NCBI RefSeq assembly: GCF_009914755.1
Contig: NC_060934.1
DNA length: 64,000 bases
From: the human T2T-CHM13v2.0 reference genome, Homo sapiens
Reading direction: 5' to 3' (one strand)
Within the stretch, counting starts at the first letter, position 1, and each line of letters starts with the position of its first letter. The notes beneath the pieces are model-generated. The model worked only from the letters and a program-made list of their open reading frames with translations, was not told where the DNA came from and did not search any database. Positions 45,151 to 63,742 of the stretch are shown piece by piece. The position numbers and the translations under genes are program-made.

Positions 45151-46584
45151 AGTGATCCTGTCAATTTGGCAGGTCCCTACATGGACAGCCCTTTGTCCTG
45201 CTGCACTGGGTGCAAGGCCCAGTGCCAGACTGCCTTGGCCAGCAACTGACTTTGGAAACCACCCAGCACTGGGCTCTCCCTGCCATGTCCACCTCCTCAA
45301 AGGCAGGTTCCCAGCAGTCTGGTTGAAGCTGCAGGCCTCCATGGCCCCTTGTCCTGGAAGAAGGCTGCTTCCCTGGGGGCCAGGACAGCTGCCCCACCTC
45401 AGCCTGGCTTCCTCTTTGTCCCACCTGTCCAGAACCTAGCATGTCTGACCCTGAGGACACTTGCTTGGGTTGCGACATCTATGATCCAGAGACTCCCTGA
45501 AGCTGGACAAGCCTGGGTATCCCACAAAAGCTCACAGAGAACCTGGGGCTGGGCAGAGAGACCCAACTGCTCTCTGACTGGAGCCTGCTGGCCATTGGAC
45601 CCTAGCAAGTCACTCAGTGTCTCTGAGCCTTCATTTCATCATCTGCAAAACAGAAAGTGCAGCCCTGACATCCTGAGGCTGCCTGGGAGGAAAGGAAAAG
45701 GGTGTGCAGAGCCGGCAGCCGGGAGATGTCACCTCTGTCCCCTTCTGGATATTCAACTCCTTAGCACAGCGATGGCCTCAGGCTCAACCATAGACGGAAA
45801 GCTCCCGAGAACCCATCAGTTCTGCTGGGCATGGGCTGCCCTGAGCCCCGGGTTCCTCCAGGCTCTAGCAGGCCAGGTCCTCCTGCTTCCCCTCTTCCCT
45901 CTCCAGTCTTGACAAATGAACATCATTGATCCCTGAGGTGAAGGCATTGATGGGTCCCCAACAGCAGGTTCAGGTTACTCTCATGCTCAAAGCCCTTCAG
46001 TGCCTTCCCACTTCTCTTAAGGTAAAGCCTAACTCCTCAGCCTGCCAGGCAAGGCCTTTCAGGACCTGGCCCTGCCTGCTTCCCCAGGTCCATCTCCTCC
46101 GGTACCAGGACCCTTGAGCTGTGCTGAGCAGCTTCCCTCAAAGCCAAGCTCCCTGCCCTCTGACCCTCTGCACACAGTTCCCTCTGCCAGGAGCAGTATG
46201 CCTGATTCTCCCCAAATGCACACGTGTGTGCACCCCATACACATTTACACACAAGGCTCAACCATGATACCCCCTCCTTTGAGTGGCCCCACCCCTGCAA
46301 GGGTCCCTCCCCTGGACTCTTCTCAAACCTCAGCTTCCCCCTTGCATTTCTAGATTTCTTCATCAGCCTGTCTCCCGGCCCAGGTCCCATCCCTGCCGTG
46401 GGCACTCTAGGCCTGGGGCTGTTTCTTCTCGGCCCCTTCCCACCCTCCATGCTTGGCCCAGGAGGCAGCCAAATGTAGACTGAGCCACTCCCAGCCAAGG
46501 GCGACTTTACATTTCTCAGGACTCCCTGGTGACCAGCACCCAACACCATGCAGGAACCCAAATCTCCTGCCAGCTCCCACTTAC

Positions 46585-46715
46585 CCAGGCTTTCCACCAG
46601 GCCATCTCTTTCACTTCGGGGGCACCTTTCTCACGGAGATGAAGAGACACAGGTTGGCCTCTGCTGGGACTCCACATGTCTGGCTCCTGCAGCTGAGGAG
46701 TGAGCAGGCCGCTCA
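46585..46715 (-). pseudogene. ANXA8: Annexin A8-family first exon (5'UTR + MAWWKAW), apparently orphaned; partial ANXA8/ANXA8L1 copy
   Basis: Minus strand reads ...GAAGTGAAAGAG ATG GCC TGG TGG AAA GCC TGG|GTAAGT (ATG 46605-46603, donor after 46585), matching the annexin A8 N-terminus MAWWK(S/A)W-IEQEG. I found no exon 2 (IEQEGVTVKSSSHF...) or later annexin exons downstream. The 5' boundary is approximate. Confidence 0.85.
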
Positions 46716-46953
46716 CTTGGGTGTGGGGGTGCAAGCCCGCCCAGGGCAGCGCTACACCTGCCTGCCGCCCCCTCGCCCCCGGGCTCTGCCTGGCTTTGGG
46801 CGTCTCCTGTGGCTCCCAGGCCCCACCCAGACACTGCCCAGGCCTGCTCTGGGGAATTACACAACTCTCTGGCAGGTATTTGGGCTGTGGCTGTTACGCA
46901 TACTGGAAATTCTTAGCTCCAGCCTGCGAAAGCCCCACTCAGTAAACACAGCT
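46716..46953 (-). promoter_or_regulatory. Putative ANXA8-type proximal promoter
   Basis: GC-rich segment directly upstream of the ANXA8 exon 1, with KLF/Sp-like GGGTGTGGGG and GCCGCCCC motifs and a forkhead-like GTAAACA at about 46942-46948. Confidence 0.55.
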
Positions 46954-47055
46954 CCATGTTGATTAGGCTGGTCTCAAACTCCCGACCTCAGGTGATCTGC
47001 CCACCTTGGCCTACCAAAGTGCTGGGATTACAGGCATGAGCCACCGCACCCAGCC
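46954..47055 (-). mobile_element. Alu left-arm fragment (tailless)
   Basis: ccatgttgattaggctggtctcaaactcc...gagccaccgcacccagcc. Confidence 0.85.
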
Positions 47056-47116
47056 CATTTTCATCATTCCTAATAGCCGTGGAGTATGCCATTTAATCAA
47101 CTGCATATGCAATATT

Positions 47117-47705
47117 ATTTTTTTTTCCGGGGGCAAGGGGCTCATATTCACCACAGATGGGAGGCCAGTTGGTGAGAAGGTGGCAGGCGGCACAGCCACC
47201 TTATACAGCATGCCATGCTGGTCCACTGTCAGACCGGTGATGGCCTCAGCTCCATCACCCCCCAGGCTGACTCTGGCTCCTGCCTGGCTCTGCCCGGCCA
47301 CCACAACCCCTCGGGACCATTCAGAGGCATCACTGGAGGATGTGTGGTTAGTGGAGCAGCTGGTCATGGGGAGGTCTCGTTTCTTTGGTGGAAGGCATTC
47401 CTGGTTCCTCTCATGAACAGGTTTCATATTGCTTTGTGGTGTTCCTGGAGCCTGGAAGGAGTTGGCTTGCTCCCTGGGGCATCAGGAGGGGCTTCTCTGT
47501 AGCTTCTCTGAACCCCTCTCTGCTTCTGGCTGGGGCACCTACATCTGAGCTTCCAGTGGTGCTTCTGAGCAGCTGTAGTAAGCGTCCTCCCGGCTGGCTC
47601 GGGAGCCAGCCCATTTCACCACGCTTCCAGGGATCCACCCGCTCATCCTGGAGCCGCTACAAACCTGGCCGCCGCCATCCCCAGCCCCGGAGCCGCCCCA
47701 TACCC
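47117..47705 (-). pseudogene. ATXN1L: ATXN1L processed retrocopy, 5' part only (5'UTR + about 100 codons + short polyA)
   Basis: ORF from 47427 (MKPVHERNQECLPPKKRDLP...VVNMSPLPP) matches the ATXN1L N-terminus. It is preceded by a GC-rich leader, followed by A9, and flanked by an imperfect 16-bp TSD: ctgcatatgcaatatt (47101-47116) / ctgtatgtgcaatatt (47706-47721). Confidence 0.9.
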
Positions 47706-48418
47706 CTGTATGTGCAATATTTGTTAACCATTCCCTTTTGGTGCCCATCTAGGTACAGGTATCATTTTTGGAGCTAAAGTATCTATAATACACTGGAAGT
47801 AACAGATGTCACCTCCATATTGTACGCCAAACCTAATAAGCAGAGCAAAACTTTTCATCCAAGCGATTTGGTTAACATTTTAGGATGTTTCTAATCTTTC
47901 AGTAATACAAATATGCTACAATAGATCTGTGTGTTTATCCTTTGGGCACCTGTGTGTGCCTGTGCATACCTGGAGAATAAAGTCCTGTGAGAGGAACTGC
48001 CATCCAAAGAGGGTGTTTCAGTCTGTACTGCCACCAACAATGTGCTTGTGCTTCTGAGCTTGCGTTTGGGTCAGGAGAATTTGAAAGTCATCAGGAACCA
48101 AACCAGGATATAAGGTTCAGCTGTAGCTGGAAAGTGGCAAGCGTTCCAAAGCTAAGACATTGGCTATACCTGGGCTGTTCACAAACTGTGAGTCCAATTC
48201 TAGATGAGATCCAGAAGTATGGTGAGCAACTCACTTATTTTTAAGCAAAACACCTTTTCTTCTCATTTCTGCTAAGAACAAATAGCTTCCAGCAAGAGAA
48301 ATAGGGGATGCAATATTTTTACAAATTACTTCTCTTTTTTTTAATTAAAAAAATGTTAAGTTAAATGCTACTTAAAGATATGTTTAACCTCTATGATACT
48401 GACTTTTAACCTCTATGA

Positions 48419-48735
48419 TATGCCATTTAATCAACTGCATATGCAATATTATTTTTTTTTCCGGGGGCAAGGGGCTCATATTCACCACAGATGGGAGGCC
48501 AGTTGGTGAGAAGGTGGCAGGCGGCACAGCCACCTTATACAGCATGCCACACTGGTCCACTGTCAGACCGGTGATGGCCTCAGCTCCATCACCCCCCAGG
48601 CTGACTCTGGCTCCTGCCTGGCTCTGCCCGGCCACCACAGCCCCTCGGGACCATTCAGAGGCATCACTGGAGGATGTCTGGTTAGTGGAGCAGCTGGTCA
48701 TGGGGAGGTCTCGTTTCTTTGGTGGAAGGCATTCC
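48419..48735 (-). pseudogene. ATXN1L: 317-bp local duplicate of the ATXN1L retrocopy fragment plus its flank
   Basis: Near-identical to 47085-47401 (I count about 4 substitutions); includes flank beyond the polyA/TSD; lacks the ATG. Confidence 0.9.
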
Positions 48736-48831
48736 ACCTTCTCTCATGAGAAGAAAGAGAGAGGGCCAGGCATCTTGCCCCCTACTACCCACTATCAACA
48801 CTTAGGCCTGACATCAGTCTCTAAATATTCT

Positions 48832-49128
<297 letters not shown>

Positions 49129-49619
49129 TCAACAGCAGCTTCTAGGATGATGAGCAGTGACTCAGTCTCTCCTTGACCAGATTCTGTAACCATCCAGCAG
49201 AAATGCTTATCTGATCTCTGCGAGAACAGGAAGCAGCTCAGTGGGGGCCTTCCTTGCTAAATTCTTCATCAAGCTGGTCTGTTATCTGCCCTGAGTCCTG
49301 CAAGAACATCTCAAGAAAAATCCCAAAAACATGCAAGACAAATGAGGGTCCTCCCTTAGCATGTCTTGAAGCACTGAGGCACCTGAAAGTTGTATATAGT
49401 TTCTGGGGAAACAGTTTTTTAGGAAATGTAGCACAGACACTAACTATTCTTCCAGAAGAGCCCCTTCCTGACATGAAAGATCTTACTTAGCATGACAGAG
49501 AAGCATCTGTTTCATCATGAGGACCTATCCAACCAGCAGCAGGGGCCCCAGTGCCAGTGTCCACCTCAGCAGAGGAGACACGGGGGACATGCAAAGTGTT
49601 TCTGTTGAAAAATACTTCA

Positions 49620-50170
<551 letters not shown>

Positions 50171-50239
50171 AATACTTTGCCTAGTGTTTCCATCCAAATG
50201 GGAATAAATCCAGCGCTCAATGTACACATGTCATGGCTT

Positions 50240-50245
50240 TTTATT
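50240..50245 (-). terminator. FAM25 polyadenylation signal AATAAA
   Basis: tttatt on plus strand, about 35 nt downstream of the FAM25 stop codon. Confidence 0.85.
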
Positions 50246-50278
50246 GAGACTGGGGAAGGGCCGTGGTAGCAGGTGCAC

Positions 50279-54689
<4,411 letters not shown>

Positions 54690-54960
54690 CTAGGATGCTG
54701 AGGACTGGCCCAACATGCTTTTATAGCTGCCTCTGGTGCCTGTCTAGGCTCTGGGGCAATAAGCCCTCACCCCAGCCCAGTAGGAGGCTGGACAGGTGAG
54801 TCAGTGAGGGCGGCAGCAGGAAGGGGCTGGGCGGAGCCACCCTGGAACTAGGGTGGCAGCATCCCCTGACAGCATGAGGCTTCTGTAACCCTGTCCTAGG
54901 GACCCCGTGAAGGATAGGGGCATGGAGCAGGGCTGGACAGTAGAGATCTGGACATGCTTC
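54690..54960 (-). promoter_or_regulatory. FAM25 proximal promoter
   Basis: TATAAAA at 54725-54719; AP-1 TGAGTCA at 54797-54803; GC box gggcggag at 54829-54836; p53/p63-type half site GGACATGCTT at 54950-54959. Confidence 0.75.
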
Positions 54961-57900
54961 TTCCTTGAGGCAGAGGGCCTGAGTGCCAGCCCCCCTGAGA
55001 CCAAAGCTTCCCAAGCCTGGGTACTGATATGTACCTGGAGACAAGGCCTAGGATTCCAAGCCTGCTGCTCAAGGTCCCCAGTGTGGCCTAGTAAGAGGTT
55101 TGGGGGTTCTATGGGCCTGGAGACCTGGGCAGTCCTTTGGGTCATGAACACAAGTGGAATGAGGGTGACTGCCCTCCCCATTCCTGGAGACCCTGGCTCT
55201 GCAGAGCAGTTTGCGGCCTCCATGGGACAGGGTGGGGCGTTCAGGGTGGTGCCTTGCCCGAGTCAGAGGGGGGCACAGCACTGGGCAGAAGCGTAGTCAC
55301 CTGGTGTCGCTCAGCTGATGCTCACTCACCCAAGAGGCTCTGTGAGGTCAGCAGTGCCCTCCTATCCCCTGGCAGTCCTGGAGGAGTAGACAGAGGCCTC
55401 CACCACCACTCAGGGAGATGCTTCTGGCCTTAGCTAGAATCCCCTAGGAAGCAGCTTCCCTGGCTCCTGGTGCATCGCATGAGGAGTGGCAGGGCTGCTC
55501 CCTAGTTACTCATGATGGACAGACATGCCTCAAGCCACCTGCCACATGCTGCTTCCCTTAGTCACCAGCCCAACCTGAGCCTCCGTTTCCTCATCTGTAA
55601 AATGGGCATAGCGTGTCTTCTTGGCTGTGTCCCTAATCATCCCTGAGACAAAGCATGCAAGCTCCTGGTAAACACCTGTTCCCTCCACTCATCATTGAGG
55701 TGCCCTTTGGCAGTGAGCTCTGACCAACTGGTAGGGTGTGCCAAGGAGTGACTGGGACGTGAGGCTGCCTTGGAGCCAGAGGGCTGGGGAATGTGACTTC
55801 TGCTGGCCAGGAGCCAAGGAGAGGTCTTCCCATGCTCCTACTTCTGGGGTGCAGGCCTGTGGCAGGGGTCTGAGGCTCTCTCCCCAATGCAGGCTCCTGG
55901 AGCTGCTCTCCTGGATGTGTCGGGGCCTGATTAGTTTACTGGACTGTGGGCCCTCCCAGCCTGGGACTCGGGAGCTGAGACCCTCTTGCATTCCTGCATG
56001 GTGTTTGCGGGCTCCAGGGCTACGGCCAGTCCCCCTAGGGTGGACAGTGGGTATCGTGGGCAGCAGGACCTCTGGGTCTCAAGACTGTGGCCCCACACAT
56101 GCCATTGCTGTCTCCTTTGGGCAGGGGTGGATCGGGGCTTCAACAATTTAGAGGGGCCTCTTTATGAAAAAGAATACAATAATATGATTCTTGCACATTT
56201 TTCATTTATATACGTATGAACTTCTGGACCCAGAAGGGGCTGTGAAAGTCGGGGGCCTGGAGCTCAGGCGGGTCCAGATGACCCTGTCCTCCTTTTGTAA
56301 CAGCCAGAGTCCAGGATGCTTTGCCCAGGGCATTGGGCTGGCACTGCAGAGGCCTGGGGGATGGGGGGACACCTGGGACATGGCTGGTGGGAATTGTTCT
56401 AGGAAACCTCAGGGATTCTCCCTGGACCTGTCAAAGCCCCTTCCCTGTTTCTTCTGAGGCTGTGTGTCCCCCCACTCGCACAAGGGTCCTTTCTATGCCT
56501 GCTCCCCTGATAAATGTCATCTGCCTGCTCTAGAATGGCTTCCAGACCCCACAGACCCCCTCCTCATGAGCTCCCACCCTAGGGTACTCTCCACCAGTCC
56601 GCGCTTTCAGGAGCTCACCAGACCCAGACAGCCTGTTGTCAGAGCTCATCCACACAGCAGGACCCTGGCCCACTGCCCAGCCCAGAGCCAGGCCCACCAC
56701 GGCCTCTGGGGACAACTGCCCTTCCCCCCACCCCCTCCACATGGTCCCTTGCCCATGAGACCCTGCCCTGCTAATTTAATGCACTGCCTTGGTGTGAGCA
56801 CTGTGATTCTAATGACAACACACCATGGCCTTCTGGGCGAGGCTGGGTCCAGACACAGATCCCAAATGCCTGCTGGGGAGAAGGCAAGAGGCCCGGGGAG
56901 GCCCAGGACAAGACATGGGTCCCAGGCCCTGGTGCCCTCCCTCTTGGCCTTCCAGCTGCTGCTGCTGTGACCAGATTCCCATTCACCCAGCCCCGTCCAT
57001 GGGCCCCAGCAAGCCATCTGTGCCCCACAGAGGGCAGACCCCTAAGAGTGGGACCCCTTTCTAGCCAAAGAACATGAGATAGCCCCAAATCCTCCTAAAC
57101 ATGATGGATCCTGGTCTGAGGGGCTGGGCTCAGGTGACTCCTGCAGGGAACTTCACCTGCCTGGATGAGGTCAAGTGTGAATCAGGTGGTGCCTGCCCTC
57201 CACCACCCCATCATGGAAGAGGTCCAGCCCACAGTGGGCCCAAGAGGGCCGCCCTTGGACCTAGGGACCCAAGTCAGCATATCCTGAGTCAGAAGGTCAA
57301 GTCCAGCCTCCCCTCAGGCAGGGAGAATCTGGCTTTGACAGGAGCAGATAAATTCTCAAGGTGGAATTTGCCCAACATACTAGTTTGGCAAGGGACTAGC
57401 TGGCTGAATCATTGAGTCAAGGACAGCCAACGTTTCCAATAGCAATTTGCCAACTTAGCAATTACCAATTCTGAAAAACAATTTGTTTATTTGAAACACT
57501 TAAATACTTAGGCTGTCTCATGTCTGAAGCATGATGATGCCTTGCGTGATTTAAAGGACAGACGTCACGAATGCCAAGAGTTTTGTGGCGGTCCATCCTG
57601 CCAGTGTCTTCTCCCACTTTTGTTCTGTGGATTTGAGCTCACAGTTTGTGCTGTGCCCACCGCCTGCCCACCCTAACGAGACTCCTGGAGACTTGGCTGG
57701 CCAGTCACCAGAGGAAGAGGGGCCCAGCAGCACGCCAGCATTCACCCACCTGTGGGTATCAGTCAGGCTCCTGGTGGAAGCCAGAGGACATATTCGAATG
57801 GGTATTTGAGGAAAGGGGCTGTTCACAGACGTGTGGACCGAGTTAAGGGAACCAATAAGAGATGAGGAATGTCCTGGACCAGCAAGAGTGGGAGCTGTTA

Positions 57901-58246
57901 TCTCCCTGGGTCTAGAGGGACAGGAAAGGTGTCCACAGATCCCAAAGAGAGCTGTGGCTGTAGAGGAGGATCATCAGGAGCTGCAGCCATCAGTAGAAAG
58001 ATGTGGCCACTGCCAAACCAGCAAGGAAGAATCTGAGCGAATAACCACCTCTCCTCTCTCTCTCTCTCCCACCTCCTATGACGTCCTCCACTGTGTGAAT
58101 TCCACTAGGGCCAGACAGTGAGGCACCCTGGTGATGCAGTCCAAGAGGGAGTGGGCAGAGAGGAGCCAGTGGGTATGGAGGGGAAACAGAGAAACAGAGA
58201 ATTCCAGCTCACTCTGCGGGATTTCTGGGTCTGATAGAAACATGGC

Positions 58247-58578
<332 letters not shown>

Positions 58579-58634
58579 TAATTTTACAGTGTCCCTTTTC
58601 TCCTTCTGGAAACTATATGGGGCAACAACAAGAC

Positions 58635-58670
58635 TGAGGAGGAAGAGGAGGAGGAGGAGGAGGAGGAGGA
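58635..58670. repeat. (GAG)n trinucleotide repeat
   Basis: gaggaggaagaggaggaggaggaggaggaggagga. Confidence 0.9.
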
Positions 58671-60017
58671 AAAAGCCCATCATCAATACACACATCAAAC
58701 TCAACTTCAGAGAAATTAGGAAGCTGGGAAGCCACGTAAACCCAAAAGCAGGAGACACCAGCAGAACCAACGCAGGAAGCCAGGGAAGTGCAGAAGAACA
58801 GGGCATGGGGGGCAACCCAGGGGGGAATCTTCACTATTGCCAGCAACACACATTCCCAGCAGGAGAGGACCCTCAGAGTGAGAACGCAGAGCTGGAGAAG
58901 TGAAGAAGGAGCAGGTGGTGCCCGGGGAAGTCCAGGGGTGTGGGATCTGAGAGCACCCCTTCCCAAGAGAGGCAGGAACACTTGGGAAGGCAGGGCTGAG
59001 TCCCTGGAGGCTGTATCTGGGAAAGGAGGCTGGCAGTAGAATCTTCCTGAAGGCGAGTGGGTTCTGAGAGGCAGAGGGGCAGTGGTACAGAGGTGAGGCT
59101 GACGCTTCTGTGCAGGAAGGTCAGGCTCCTGAGGAAGGGAGCCCCGAATGCTCTCCACTAGATTCCCAGGGAGCCCCACTCCCTCCACAGGGACCTCGCG
59201 CTGACATCTGGGAAATGCCATTCATACTGGAACGTCCGACACACTGCCATGAATGTGAGGGTTTTGTGACTGATGGGGTAGGTTTCTCTCTTCCAACTTA
59301 ATAGTATAATGTCCATTTATTCCTCCCCCAGCCTCCCTGAACATGCACCTCTTAGATAGCCACAGTACGGTGATCAGAACCAGGAAATCCACATTCTCAT
59401 ATTTAACTATATTAAAATTATTTCACAAAATAACCAATTTTATTAATTTAATTAAATACATTTAACTAATGTTTAAATATATTTAAATAATTTAACTGAT
59501 TTAAAATGAACATATTCGCTAAACAAAAGACCTTATTGGAGTTTCACCACTTTTTCCACTAATGTCCTTTTTCTGTTCCCAAATTCCACCCAGGATCACG
59601 CTGCATTTAGTTATTTCTTAGTCTCTCGCCATTTTGTAGGACTGCAATAACAGTTCCTCAATCTTTCCTTATCTTTCATAACCGTGACGTCTTGAACCAG
59701 TACTGATCAGTATTTGTGAAATGTTCCTCGATTTGGGATTGTCTGATGTATTTCCATGATTGGACTGAAGTTACGAACTTTTGGCAATTACAGCACAAAA
59801 ATGATGTGGAATCCTTCCCAGTGCATTCCATCAGAGTTATGGCATTGATAGTTCTTCTTACTGATGATGTTGAACTTGTTCATTTGGTTCAGGTTTCTGC
59901 TGGGTTTCTCCATTGTAAAGTTACTATCTTTCCCCCTCATAGGGGGAAAGATCTTAGGAGAAATACTTGGAGACTATGAAAATTTTGTATTTTCTCAAAC
60001 TTTAAAATTTTTTTTCA

Positions 60018-62235
<2,218 letters not shown>

Positions 62236-62782
62236 TCAAGGTTTCCCTCATTCTTCACTCTCCCCATGCTGGTCACCTTGCTGTTTGTTCCTCGAACACA
62301 TATGAAATGCGTTTCTGTCTTGGCAGTCATCCTGCTACCTGTAATGTCAGCACTGCTTTCTGTTGTCCCTTCAGTCAGGTCACTGTTCAAATAGCTCTCT
62401 AGACAGGCTCTTCCTTATCATTCTACTTAAAATAGCCCCCAATCACTCTGTGTCCCTTTAGCCTGCTTCCTCTTCCTGCTATTTCATACTACCTGAAAAA
62501 ATACTTGAACTTCCTAGAACATAAGCTCATAAAAGCAAGAACTGTGCTCCACCTCTCCTCTCCTCTACCCCAGCACTCAGAAGAGAAACAGAGTCAGCAT
62601 CCAGTGAGTGTTCATGAATCAAGTCACTGCTTGGCAGAATTCAGCACTGGGACCACAGCCTCGCCTATCTTCAACTCTTTCTCCTTCTGCTTTTCCTCCT
62701 CCCACTCTAGTAGCCACTCTTCTGGGGGCTTGTCCCTTAAATGATTAGTCCTTACTGACCTATTTTCTGTCCACTTTATCTG

Positions 62783-63215
62783 TTTTTGAGAGAGGGTCTC
62801 ACTCTGTTGCCCAGGCTGGAGTGCAGTGGCATGAATATGGGTCACTGCAGCCTCCACCTCCTGGGCTCAAGTGATCTTCCTGCCTCAGCCTGCCATGCCA
62901 TGTAACTGAGGCCACAGGCATGTGCCACCATGTCCAGCTAATTTCTTGATTTTTTTTTTGGTAGAAATGGGTCTCACTTTATTGCCCAGTCTGGTCTTGA
63001 AGTCCTACACTCGAGCAGTCATCTCAACTTGGCCTCCCAAAGTGCTGGGATTACAGGCATGAGATACTGCACCTGGTCTTATTTTTTCTTTTCTTAAGAT
63101 ACAGGGTCTCACCATCTGGCCCAGGCTGAACTCAAACTGCTGAGCTCAAGTAATTCCCCCACCTCAGCCTCCGAAGTAGCTAGGACTAAAGGCATGAAAC
63201 CACCATGCTTGGCTT
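62783..63215 (-). mobile_element. Old Alu (AluJ-like) plus Alu monomer
   Basis: Antisense Alu motifs. Confidence 0.85.
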
Positions 63216-63742
63216 GTCCAATTTCATTCTACACACTTTCTTGGTATTTAAACAGCTGCTGTTGCTCTTCATTCTGTAGCTCTACATCAGATTCATGCTC
63301 TAGTCCTGTATATCCAAATGATGACTAGAGGCTGCCGGCTCTGCTCTTTCAAAGGCACAATGAGCGTAGCCCGTCTACAAAACTCTCCCTTTTCCAATCC
63401 AGCTTTCCCTCCTGCATCACCTATCTCTCTACATCTGGAACCATCGGCAGCTGCCTTCATAAGGCACCTCAGTCTGGCATTCGGAAAACCACCGTCTTGC
63501 CAGAGCCTCTTGGTCTTGGGTAGCAAAAGCTGTATGCAATCTAAATCAAGCTTTCAATCATGAGAAATCACATTCCTTCTTTTCCCTTTGTAATATACTC
63601 ATGTGTTTTTTTTTTTCCTTTCTCAATAAGCAAATTGTACCACCATCTTATTCTGAGATGCTCCTTTTTAAAAGCTGTAGATCACATTAATGGAAGTGGT
63701 TACTGCTGGGAATATTTTCCATGTGCAATGATCTGTAACCCT

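Noticed and set aside
48384-48737. Second ATXN1L-like ORF as a gene
   Set aside because: The start is a GTG created at the duplication junction; it has no ATG or leader.
63230-63740. Unique-looking segment that might be an exon or 3' end of a neighbouring duplicated gene
   Set aside because: I could not recognise homology or a supported exon; it needs a BLAST search.
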